Shown here: positions 1 through 9,914 of the stretch, in pieces
Layout: each line of letters opens with the position of its first letter
Numbering within the stretch: the stretch's first letter is position 1
Origin: Tilletiaria anomala UBC 951
Lineage: Eukaryota
Direction: 5' to 3'
Assembly: GCF_000711695.1 (NCBI RefSeq)
Contig: NW_013547021.1
Span: 434,001-463,366 of the forward strand
Length of the DNA: 29,366 nucleotides
The notes under the pieces: model-generated
What the model saw: the letters and a program-made list of their open reading frames with translations, nothing else
Database searches by the model: none
Told to the model about the DNA's origin: nothing
Position numbers and translations under genes: made by a program

Positions 1-2
1 AC

Positions 3-2087
3 CTGTTCAGCATGATCACTGAACACCAGCGCTACGCTCTCTCCGTGCCACGGACTCCCAAGTTCGTCGACGGCAACGGTATTACCCGTTATGCTGACGA
101 GGAATTTTCCTACGTCCAAGCGCGCCATGACATGGATCAGCTCGTCAAGAGCGTCTTTGACCAGATCATCGATGCTGTCGAATATTGTCATCGTCTAGGC
201 ATCTACCACCGAGACCTCAAGCCAGAGAACATCCTTTGTCTGGAAAACGGAGCTCGGGTCGTACTTGCCGACTTTGGCCTGGCGACGGCCGACAAGTTCA
301 GCAGCGACTTTGGCTGTGGGAGCACGTTTTACATGGGCCCAGAGTGCCAAGGTGGCATCACTACGCGGTTGCGGAATTACAGCACGGCTGCAAACGATGT
401 CTGGTCGCTCGGCGTCATCCTCGTCAACCTCGTCTGCGGCCGCAACCCCTGGAAGCAGGCGTGCGCAGGCGATGAGACATTTTGCGAGTACCTTCGCAAT
501 CCGGATTTCCTCAAGGAGATCCTTCCCATCTCGGACTCGCTCAATGCTGTCCTCAAGCGTGTCTTTTCACCGTTCGCCGAGAAGAGGTGCACCTTGCAGG
601 AGCTGAGGCAGCTCGTCAAGGACATCCCTCGCTTCACTGCCACCACCTTCGAACTTAAGCAACGGCAAGAAGCAGTACGACTGGCAGCTGCCAAGGCACA
701 CGCTACCCACGCCGCGCTTAACCAGCAGGCTCAAGCACAGGCTAAGGCACAGACACAGGCTCAAGCTCAAGCACAGGCTCAAGCACAGGCTCAAGCACAG
801 GCTCAAGCACAGGCTCAAGCACAGCAGCAATATCAGGCAGCTGCGACTTCCGCTATCGTGCATCAGAACTACGCTCCGTCACCGCCACGACGCAACGTCA
901 AGCAGTCGAGAGCGCAGGAGACGGACTACCACGCAGCGCGGATAGCAAATTGGGAAGCAGCTGGCGAGCGTGCCCGCGCGGAGAAGCACGAAGAGTCCAG
1001 GCAATCGACACCGACGCTTCCACGAGCAACAGATATGCCACCGTCTCCCGAAGACACGATGGGGAGTGACGGAGCGAGCTCGGAGTATGATGATGACGAG
1101 TCCAGCGAGCAATGGAGTAGTGGTGTAGAAGAGGATCCAGCTACAGTCGCCACCGCTGAGAATGCACTGTCGTCCTCGTCAGGCTCGCCGTCGTCGCCAG
1201 CGACAGACTTTAGCGGAGGCGCTCAAGTCGACTGGTCTCAGCATCCGATCGCAGCTACACCTGCAAGGGTCCGACGTTCGATTATCTCGGATTCTTCTGC
1301 CTCTGATGGCCAACATGCCCCGTCGAGACCTCTGCACGATGACACGCTGCAGTCCCCCGACATGTCAGACGAGGGCATGACTCCCGATAGCGCCTCAAGT
1401 CGCAGTGGGTCTGGAGAGTCTCGCCGGAGCTCGGTGTCGTACACTGGTCTACCGCCTACACCCCGCTTTGCTCCTGAGCAGCCTCTGCACAGTGATGGCG
1501 GCGACAAGGCATCATCTGGCAAGCCCGTCACTGCTCTACCTCAGCTCGCCTTTGTCGACGCCCTCAGCACCTCCAGAACGCCGCACATTGCGCATGCCGA
1601 AGAAGTCTCATGCATCTCCCCCGCTGACGGCGCCAAGAAAGGTGCAATCAACATCAATCCTCAGTCCAAGAGCTCGGCGCTGAACTCCGGCAACCCGCAT
1701 TCTCGCTGGGTGCGCCGTGGACTAGAGGAGATGCGACTTGATTCCTCGCAAGCCTCTCGCGCCTCGCGACCGTATATTGGCGCCGGTTCTAGCAGCGAGC
1801 TCAGCAGTAGCGATGATGAAGGCGCCGCAGGACGCAGCGAGAGCATTGTGTCACAAAACTATACATTCTCATTTGAGGACTGCAGCATTAGCGCCGCCAC
1901 TCCGCACGAGCCGGCCCAGCAACAGCAGGCATCTTCACCGCAGCACGGACGCCTCCCTTCGCTGCAAGCTCGCAGGGCCAAGCTGACTTCGCCGCTGCAC
2001 ATCGGCAAGCTTGGCTTCAATCCCGAGACCTTCCTCCAGCACCGTCGTCTAACTCGCGCAGCTGGTGCCAGCGCCGGCACAAAGTAA
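3..2087 (+). CDS. ran1: Ran1/Pat1-family Ser/Thr protein kinase (Sks1/Vhs1-like), 5'-partial, with long low-complexity C-terminal tail
   Basis: Kinase motifs YHRDLKPENIL, LADFGLAT, FGCGSTFYMGPEC and NDVWSLGVILVNLVCGRNPWK are typical of the fungal Ran1 group. The frame is open at the window edge (LFSMITE, subdomain V), so ATG 12 is internal and the N-lobe lies upstream of the window. Confidence 0.9.
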   Translation: MFSMITEHQRYALSVPRTPKFVDGNGITRYADEEFSYVQARHDMDQLVKSVFDQIIDAVEYCHRLGIYHRDLKPENILCLENGARVVLADFGLATADKFSSDFGCGSTFYMGPECQGGITTRLRNYSTAANDVWSLGVILVNLVCGRNPWKQACAGDETFCEYLRNPDFLKEILPISDSLNAVLKRVFSPFAEKRCTLQELRQLVKDIPRFTATTFELKQRQEAVRLAAAKAHATHAALNQQAQAQAKAQTQAQAQAQAQAQAQAQAQAQAQAQQQYQAAATSAIVHQNYAPSPPRRNVKQSRAQETDYHAARIANWEAAGERARAEKHEESRQSTPTLPRATDMPPSPEDTMGSDGASSEYDDDESSEQWSSGVEEDPATVATAENALSSSSGSPSSPATDFSGGAQVDWSQHPIAATPARVRRSIISDSSASDGQHAPSRPLHDDTLQSPDMSDEGMTPDSASSRSGSGESRRSSVSYTGLPPTPRFAPEQPLHSDGGDKASSGKPVTALPQLAFVDALSTSRTPHIAHAEEVSCISPADGAKKGAININPQSKSSALNSGNPHSRWVRRGLEEMRLDSSQASRASRPYIGAGSSSELSSSDDEGAAGRSESIVSQNYTFSFEDCSISAATPHEPAQQQQASSPQHGRLPSLQARRAKLTSPLHIGKLGFNPETFLQHRRLTRAAGASAGTK
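729..824 (+). repeat. Coding tandem repeat GCTCAAGCACAG encoding a poly-(Ala-Gln) tract
   Basis: Five perfect 12-mer copies at 765-824, one more at 729-740 and degenerate units between. Confidence 0.95.
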
Positions 2088-4439
2088 CCAATATTTTCCA
2101 ACTCATCTTTATTCTCTTTGACTATATTCCTTTACATGCATGTCGCCAGCGTCAGGATGTTTCCTGTCACAAAGGGACACCAATCACCATCGTTCTCATC
2201 ACTTGCAGCATAATCCACCCTTACTATTCGCAACGTACCGACTCACACCACACTGTAGCGCTTTCGAGAACACCTCTGCCAGCGCCTTTGCAAGCATGGG
2301 CCAGCGTCTAAAATGAACGTAAAGTGCTCGTCACACAAGATGTACCATAAAGCATTTGCAAATTGCACGTTCCTGCATCCATCACAGCGAAAGTGGACTG
2401 ACGCACGATTGCAAAAGGTATTTCCTGAGTCATAGCTTCTGTACTACACTCAACCTGTTTTACCGTTCGCATTCAAGGTTCACCGTTCGATCAGGACCGC
2501 TGCCATTTCTCTCACCACTAGAGGCTTTCATAGTTATACACATCTGGCTGCTGAAAAAGGTTTGACGCGGCGTGCACGTTGAGTCCATCGCTGTGTATGT
2601 GCCAGTACGTGGTGTGCGAAGCGTTGTTATGTGAAAGTTTAAGCCCTACTAAAGTATACCCACCCCAGTGCCTTAGTCATTACTCATCAGCTTCACAACA
2701 TATTTCATCCACATGCCGACCACACGGAGTCGTACTTGTGGGGGACTGAGTGCATCCTTTGGACGACGTGTGCTTCTTGTTGGCCACCACGTGAAACCCT
2801 TGAACGGCGGGCGGGAGTTGAATTCATCTGACAATGCCAGCATGACCATCAAGGCTCCAAACTCACCTCAAAGGACAGGCCACCTCCAGACCACTCAATA
2901 TCCAATTCCAAACTCCTCAAACCAAGTGACCGATCTCATCCGGCAAGTTGGAAAAGGTTGAAATTTGGAAGGTATGTAGTGAGCATGCACTGCAACAGAC
3001 TGCATCCCGCTGCTTCACCCCCTCTCACGCGCTGGTGCTGCCTTAATGGAATCGCACACGTATTTATATCTAGGACTGTCAGCCTATGATCTTTAATTTT
3101 TTACATTACATACTCGGTAGTACGTATGCACGTACAAATGCCGTTGTCATTGCTGGAACCTCGTTTGAGCAGATGAGTTATCGGGCGGCCATCTGCCGCC
3201 ATCTCTCACCAGCTTGCCTTGGCCATTGCTCAGCACTTGATGTCACTGACTCACGGAGAGCAAGGCAAAGAGAATAAAATGCCGACAGTGGCGAAAGCTA
3301 GCAGGTGGGCGGGATACCTCGCAAAACTGTGTACAGATCTGCGTATAGCTCACTCCTTGGCCTCGCTCTATATGATGTGGGGGGAACGAAGCCCCCGGTA
3401 TCACGGCAATGTGCAAACTTTGCCCGTCCCTCTCTTGTTGAACGAGAACTCCCCGTCAACAAAGTAGAAAAAGAAAGAATTCAATGTCTGATGATCGGGG
3501 CTTGTGGGGTTTCCTATTTTTCCGGTCCCGCAGTGAGGCTTGGACCCGATTTCCCAACAGGAATGGCAGCGTGAGGAGATATCCCGCAAGCTAGCGTGTG
3601 CCCAGCATGGCTCTATCAGCTGAAGGAGGGAGGCCCTTTCGCTCTTCTAGCGATAAAAATACACAAAAGATGTCATAAGGATGTGCCAAAGCAAAGTAAT
3701 CAATAAGTGCATGTGTCCTTGACCTTCGCCAACTTCAGCTATGTATTTAGGCAACCCTAACAAACCAAATGGATGCACCAGATATGTTGGCAGTATTTCC
3801 GGGATCCCATTTCCCGCAACAGGAGCGGAAAAATTTGTTGGGCCGGGATCGGGGGCATTGTCCCGTGTGCCATTGGATCACATCTTCCCAAACGAGAACT
3901 CTAGTCTCAGAACCAACGCCAGAGTGCTCCCAAAGGCTTGCCTCATGGTGCAGCATCGGGCGACTTTCGTTTGGATGCTGATCAGAGGATCAGGAGACGG
4001 AATTCGGAAGGGGCTAGTGGAGGAATTCGGATCTCGGGAGCATTTGACTTGCAGCGGTGGCTCTCTCCACACAAATATCGTGCACGTACTTACATACAAC
4101 AACGGCAGAATCGCAGCAGACGAGAAGGCTTGACAAGAGGATGGATGGCATAGAGCAGGAAAAAGCATGGAGTAAGGCGGCATATAACCCGACGGATCAG
4201 TCTTGGTCGTACTGAGCACGGTGACTTGTTGAGCCTTAAGCGACTAAGAGAATAATCACTAAAGCGCCTGTGCTAGAATTTTGAAACTCATGTTCCGTGA
4301 ACTGAGGAGAATGTGATGGTGGGAAAAGTGGCACGTGGCCCACTATCACAGCGTATCGGAGTGTGAAATGCTCTGGAGTAGTCTGGCGCAGGTCATCGAC
4401 GATTTTCACGATCGTGACGCTGGGCACGGCAAATTCGCA

Positions 4440-4480
4440 ACGCGACGCGCCTCTCGCATTCCCACGCGTTACACGCGAAA
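4440..4480. promoter_or_regulatory. Cluster of MCB-like (ACGCG/ACGCGT/CGCGAAA) motifs
   Basis: ACGCG at 4440 and 4445, ACGCGT at 4464 and ACGCGAAA at 4473, i.e. four cores in 41 bp. No target gene identified. Confidence 0.35.
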
Positions 4481-6232
4481 AAGTTTAACGAGGATCGAGG
4501 GATGCATCTGAAAGCCTTTCCACAAGCACCTGCGATCATCATAGTATCATCGTGTCATCGCATCCTTGCATCATCAACTTGGGCATCAGAGCAACAAGTA
4601 TCTCACACGTCCGCAGGAATCAAGCGGGGAACTGGAAAGGGGGCCGTGACCGGTTGAGCAATGCACCAGGAGAGCGGAGAGTTGACACAGCTAAGGACCA
4701 TTTGGATGTCTTCCATTGTTCACGCGGGTATCTAAACACCTAAGGCCAGAGACTCTGACCAGCGGCCTTGTTGGGATATGGACTTCGAAGGCTATTCATC
4801 TCCTGCCATGCGGGGAAATGGGCTATGGGGTATCAAGCGTTGGGCGCCAGGAAAGGGTTAAGTCGTTTGATCGCCTGCAACCTTGTCTGTAACGGGAGAG
4901 AAGGAAGCTTGGCGAGCGCAAGAGTAATTACGGCAGTTGTGCATATCACGTCTGGGCCCTGGACTTTGAGTGCAGCGGAACTGCACACTCAAGGATGTAT
5001 AGCTCTCACACGCTTCGAATTGCTCCCTGGTACCTCCAGATGAGGTTCTTGTCCGCACAAAGACCGAAGCTACCTCTTCGAGCTGGAAGCTTCAAATCGT
5101 GTCCTTCCTCATCCGGGTCTCACTTGCTCCTAAACGCACTGACTTGGCAGGCGAAGCATCATCTCTCTCTATTTGAAGGCGCAAGCCCTTCGCGTCGACT
5201 TACGGTGTGACTCCTTAGAGCGTCATATTTCGGACTCTTTCGCCGGTTTCAAGGATACGAAGGGGAACAAGTGTTGAGGACGAAGATGTGAAGCTGAAAC
5301 AACAGAGTGGCACACTGAAGCTTACGCAGCACTCTTCCCAGGGCATGCTTCATGGTTCATTCCACATGCTTGATGCGATCATCGTTCATACGCTCATGTG
5401 CTCATGCTTAACGAGCGAGCGGCTTTGAAGTTCAACTCGCTTTTCTGATCGTTCCGCGTGAGGCGTGTTCCTATACACTGCACCTACCGGAACAATGTTT
5501 GTTCTGCCGATCGGCAACAGAGCTCACATCTATGTTGGGCCGCTCGGTCTGCAACTCTTCGGGAGGAAACATGATCATCAGGGCCGAGGAGCTTTATTAC
5601 AGACCCAGCTGAGCTTTACATGCCGAACGCAGTATGCTTCGCGTCTTCATGTACGGCGGACGCATTAAACTCGCACTTTCGCTCGTACCACGCACGAGGC
5701 ACATGCTGAGTTTGCAAGCGTGATGATCAAAACAAAAACAACTCGGTCGATAGCATCTGTGCTATGCGAGGGCCAACACGAAGGATGAGGGCATTGACGT
5801 ACCAGGCGACGTCGACTCGGGGTTGTTTTGGCACACACGCCGAGGGCCTGCGCGCAGGCGATTTCGATTACAGGGGGCGAATGATGCCGAGTCGTGTATA
5901 CAGCTACGAGAACTGGATCCGACAAAAGGGAGCGAATGATTGACGCAATTGGATATGGGTGTCGACACCAACAACGGTTTCATTATCTTTTTCTCATTCA
6001 ATAGAACTTTTGAGCCTTGCGATGCAGTTGAGTGCATCGATGACTGGATGACTGTTCGAGATGCAAAAGGGGCAGCAACGCGATTTCTCGAGCGACACAG
6101 ATCCAGCACTTGCTGGCCCTCAGGGCCTTCGCTCGACCTCGTGCTGAATGACATGCGCCAGAGAACGTATCATCATGCTCATCTCTGACTATCTCGAGGC
6201 CTTATCTCCCTAGACAGACCGGTGCTTGCTTC

Positions 6233-7574
6233 TTATTCCGACTTCTTGCTCTTGCTCCTGGTCCCTCGCGCGGGGCTATCGTGGCTGCGAGTGTTGCGCG
6301 CCGGCCCGCCTTCGGCTTGAAGGGCAATGATGGTCGCGGCTGACTCGCCATTGGCCGATGTGCGACCGCGGCGCTTCTTGGCTGCTGAAACATAGATATT
6401 TGCTGTAAAGGGGCTGATGGAACGACAGAGAATATGGAAGATGCACGACGTTAATGGTCCGATCATCCTAGAAGGCAATAATGAAAGCGACCGTGCCTGA
6501 CTTACCCTTCGAAGCGCATAGCGATGAGGTAGACGATAAAGACAAGTGTGCTCAGAATGAGGCCAGCAGGTTTGCCGAACCTGCAGGTGAAAGTAAGAAA
6601 TGCGATGTAAACAAACGAGGAAGGGCAATTCCTGAAGGACACGATTGTTGATGGAGCAACAGTTCGACAACTAACCAAAGAGCAACAGAGAAAAAGCTCA
6701 AAGTGCTTCCGACGTACATCGGGTCACGAACAATGTTGAATGGGAAACCAGTGACCATGTCATCCATGAGGATGCCAAAGTAGTCACCGAGGTAGGTGCC
6801 GGTGATGCCAAGGGCGTACATGCTCGAGAGAACAAGGACATTGCCGATCGAGAAGAGAGCCGCGGCTGCCGGCTTGATGAACGGCTGAAGCAGCAACGGA
6901 TGCACCGGCTGGTACACAAGAGCCTGGTTGTACCTGCGAAGAGTTCGCACATAGGATGTTATTAGGAGAGGTCAGCACAGACACGCCTGCAGGTTGCACC
7001 ATTCAAAGTCCCTAATTCTCACAGCTGGTCCCTGATGATCCCTAAAATGAAGATGGTCGCACCTAATAGGTAGCAACCTAAATAGCGCTTACCGCGCAGG
7101 ACCTTGGTGATGGTGCCTCTGTGATACTCTGGAGCAACGTTATGTGCGGGACAGTGTACGGATACGGCATAAATTGTGGTTATTAAAATTGCGCGTAGTG
7201 AAGTGGAGGAATGTCAAATGATCAGCTCCGGGGATCTCATCGAAGGTGCGTTGCCAACAGAGACTCGCCATTTTGAGCAACCGTGTTCCAGAAGAGCGGG
7301 TTGAAGCAGCTATTGATCCCAAGCGGAGCTACGCATCAGCCCCACGAGATCGATTTGGCGTGGGCCTATGCATCTCCACAGACCGTGAGCGGGGTGGCCT
7401 TGCATGGCCTGCGTGCGTGCACCTCGGGGGTAGCCCCGAGGTGCACGATTTTGAACGCAGGTTCGTGCGAGAAACAAGTCGTTGTACTCACATTGCACCC
7501 GCAGCAATCCAGAAGGACGGTTGGTTAAGGTCCACCACACCCGGGTAGTAGTACTGGTTGTAAGCCGGCGGCAT
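6233..7574 (-). CDS. OPI3: Phospholipid (phosphatidyl-N-methylethanolamine) N-methyltransferase, PEMT family; 6 exons: 7574-7492, 7309-7269, 7128-7023, 6933-6676, 6580-6506, 6413-6233
   Basis: The spliced product reads ...FWIAAGAICFNPLFWNTVAQNEYHRGTITK...GCYLLGATIFILGIIRD...SSMYALGITGTYLGDYFGILMDDMVTGFPFNIVRDPMYVGSTL...GKPAGL...RFEGPFTANIY, which are canonical Opi3/PEMT motifs. All junctions keep frame. Intron 2 has a GC donor. Confidence 0.95.
7129..7268 (-). other. Non-canonical GC-AG intron (OPI3 intron 2, 140 nt)
   Basis: Donor G|GCGAGT and acceptor CTCCAG|AG join to give the conserved N-E-Y. The nearest GT (4 nt further) would frameshift. Confidence 0.8.
7416..7447. repeat. Perfect 14-bp inverted repeat (hairpin, 4-nt loop) inside OPI3 intron 1
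   Basis: CGTGCACCTCGGGG-gtag-CCCCGAGGTGCACG. Confidence 0.9.
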
Positions 7575-7920
7575 GATGAGTCTCTTATTCTCGAGTGAGT
7601 CCAAGCGTCGCTGAACATACGTCAGTCGGAGCGCTTGATCGCACGGTGCTCCGGTAGTGGAGTCCCGGAAGATGTACGAGGAGCAGTGCTGGGAGCAAAG
7701 CAACTCTGTTGTTCCGTGAATGCACTGATTGGTGAATGTCGTGCAGGATGTACTGCGGTGCTAGTGGACTTGCTGCGTGGAGAGGACAACATGGCAGCGC
7801 GACTGGCGGTTCAAAAGATGGCAGGCCAACAGCGTACCTCCCAAGAGCGGGAAGAGCGCCTGGAAGCGCATCTGGTCTGCGACCTCGCACACAACCCTAA
7901 TAATGGAAACAATATAGTAC

Positions 7921-7928
7921 CACGTGAC
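7921..7928. promoter_or_regulatory. E-box (CACGTGAC, reverse complement GTCACGTG; Cbf1/bHLH type) in the divergent OPI3/RPN9 promoter
   Basis: Exact RTCACGTG match near the middle of the ~550 bp divergent intergenic region. AACCCTAA lies nearby at 7893-7900. Confidence 0.4.
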
Positions 7929-8122
7929 CTGAATCTCAAGTCCAACCCTTGGTGGTTGGACTTGCGTGGCCCCTACGGCTGCGACATGATCATTACTTGT
8001 ACCTTGCGAGATGCAGGAGTGCTTTTCATCAGTCGATCAACCTCCTGAAGTTGAGTTTGAACCTGTTTCATCAGCTACCACTCATCCTGCGTGATTCCAA
8101 AAGAAGGAAAGGGTAGCCCAAC

Positions 8123-9655
8123 ATGGACACCGACTTTGAAGAATCGTACCTCTCGAATCTCGCGTCGTCATCCTCGACGCCGGCGGGCTTGAGGCCCTAC
8201 TACATCAAGCTGGTTGACCTGTACAACCGTAAGCTCTGGTACCAACTCACGCTCTCACTCGATGAATTCCTTTCGCATCCCGACAGCCAGAACCCCCCAT
8301 CGATACAGATCGAACTGTACGAGCGGTTCGTGACGCAGTTTGAAAAGAAGATCAATCAGTTGAGTAGGGCAGCGATCGCTGTCAAGGTCGCGCGGCAACA
8401 TGAAGGTGTGTTTCATTCTGGATACTGGCAAATGGCAGGTGAAGACCAGTCACGAATTGCTTCCTTTGAACAGATCCTTCTCAAGCCATTGCCTTCTTGC
8501 AACGTATCATCCCTTCGATCGCGCCTGCACCACCCGCTGCCACGCCGGCTGCAGGTTCCGGGGCGGCAGCAGCTCCTTCTGCCACGATGGCAGCAACGAC
8601 AGGCGTACAAGCAGCAACATCGAGTGGGCAATCTCAGAGCCTAGAGGCCTATGTATTTGTGTCGATGGAAGCCGCTCACTTCCAACTGCTGCTGGGGAAT
8701 CTCGCACAGACCAAGAAGACGATGGATGAGTGCCAGAAGATCTTGGACGGCTTTGACAGTGTGGAGATGGGCGTCAATGCAGCGTACTACAGAGTATGCG
8801 GAGACTATCACAAGGTGCGTCCTGGACAAGTAGCTCATTCGGTTGGTTCTCAGAGGCTGACAGTCCTGTGCGACGTTTCCCTGACTCTGCAGGCAAAGGC
8901 CGAGTATGCTCCGTACTACAAGAATTCTCTGCTCTACTTGGCCTGCGTCAACCTGGACAAGGATTTGAGCAAGGACGACCAGATCCAGCGGGCGCATGAT
9001 CTCGCCATCAGCGCCCTGCTAGGTGACACAATCTACAACTTTGGCGAGCTGCTCCTGCACCCCATCCTCTCCGTCTTGCAATCCACACCTCACTCCTACC
9101 TGTCGGACCTGCTGCACGCGTTCAACTCGGGCGATCTCGGGCGCTTCGAGTCTCTCTTGCCGCACCTCTCTTCCAATGAGCCGATTCTCGCAGAGAATCA
9201 GCCGTTCTTGCGCCAGAAGATATGTCTGATGGCGCTGATTGAAAGTGTGTTTAAACGCAGCAGTGAGGATCGAGTCATCAGCTTCGAGGCCATCGGCCGC
9301 GAGACAAGGCTGCCGGCGGACGAGGTGGAGCATCTGGTCATGAAAGCTCTTAGGTGAGTGCTGAGGGGTCAAGATTCCTTGCTAGCTTGCTCCCGTTTTC
9401 GTCTTCAACGTGTTCGTGCCACTAATACCCTTTTGTCTTGTCTCGCTCCGCCTTTGCCTCAGCCTCAAGCTGATCCGCGGAACGATGGACCAGCACAAAC
9501 AAGAAGCACGCATCACTTGGGTACAGCCGCGCGTCCTCAGTCGTCCGCAGATCGAGGCGCTGCACGTCAGGCTGGGTCAATGGTGCGAGAAGGTCAAAGA
9601 GGTCGGCGAGTTTGTCAAAGGGCAAACCGCGCCAGAGCTCATCACGACTGCGTGA
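8123..9655 (+). CDS. RPN9: 26S proteasome regulatory lid subunit Rpn9 (PSMD13), PCI domain; 4 exons: 8123-8405, 8474-8814, 8893-9353, 9463-9655
   Basis: Motifs LYNRKLWYQLT, YYKNSLLYLAC, ALLGDTIYNFGELLLHPIL, LRQKICLMALIE, EVEHLVMKALSLKLIRG and ITWVQPRVL. GT-AG introns keep frame. Confidence 0.96.
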
Positions 9656-9914
9656 GGGTGTAGGGGTCGATCGCAGCATGTGTAAGCTAGAGAAGATGAG
9701 CATGATCTCGAACAGCATGCATTTGTGATGGGATCGGAAGCACGGCTGTGAGAGGCTGCAAAGCCGTGCGCAAGCATGCACCTACCAGGCAGCTGGAGCG
9801 AAAGCTAGAAGCATAATCCACAATGCGCTGCGGATCTGCGGGAACTAGACGAGGCCAGTGCAGCGTGAGGCTAGAGTATGAATACATGCGGAGACAGACC
9901 GTAAATTGTGTGCG

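Noticed and set aside
2152..2200. Minus-strand C box (GTGATGA) and D box (CTGA) suggesting a snoRNA
   Set aside because: Only about 50 nt apart, with no terminal stem and no recognisable guide.
3845..3890. HNH-like words RDRGHCPVC and LDHIFP
   Set aside because: They lie in different, overlapping frames with impossible spacing, so this is likely chance.
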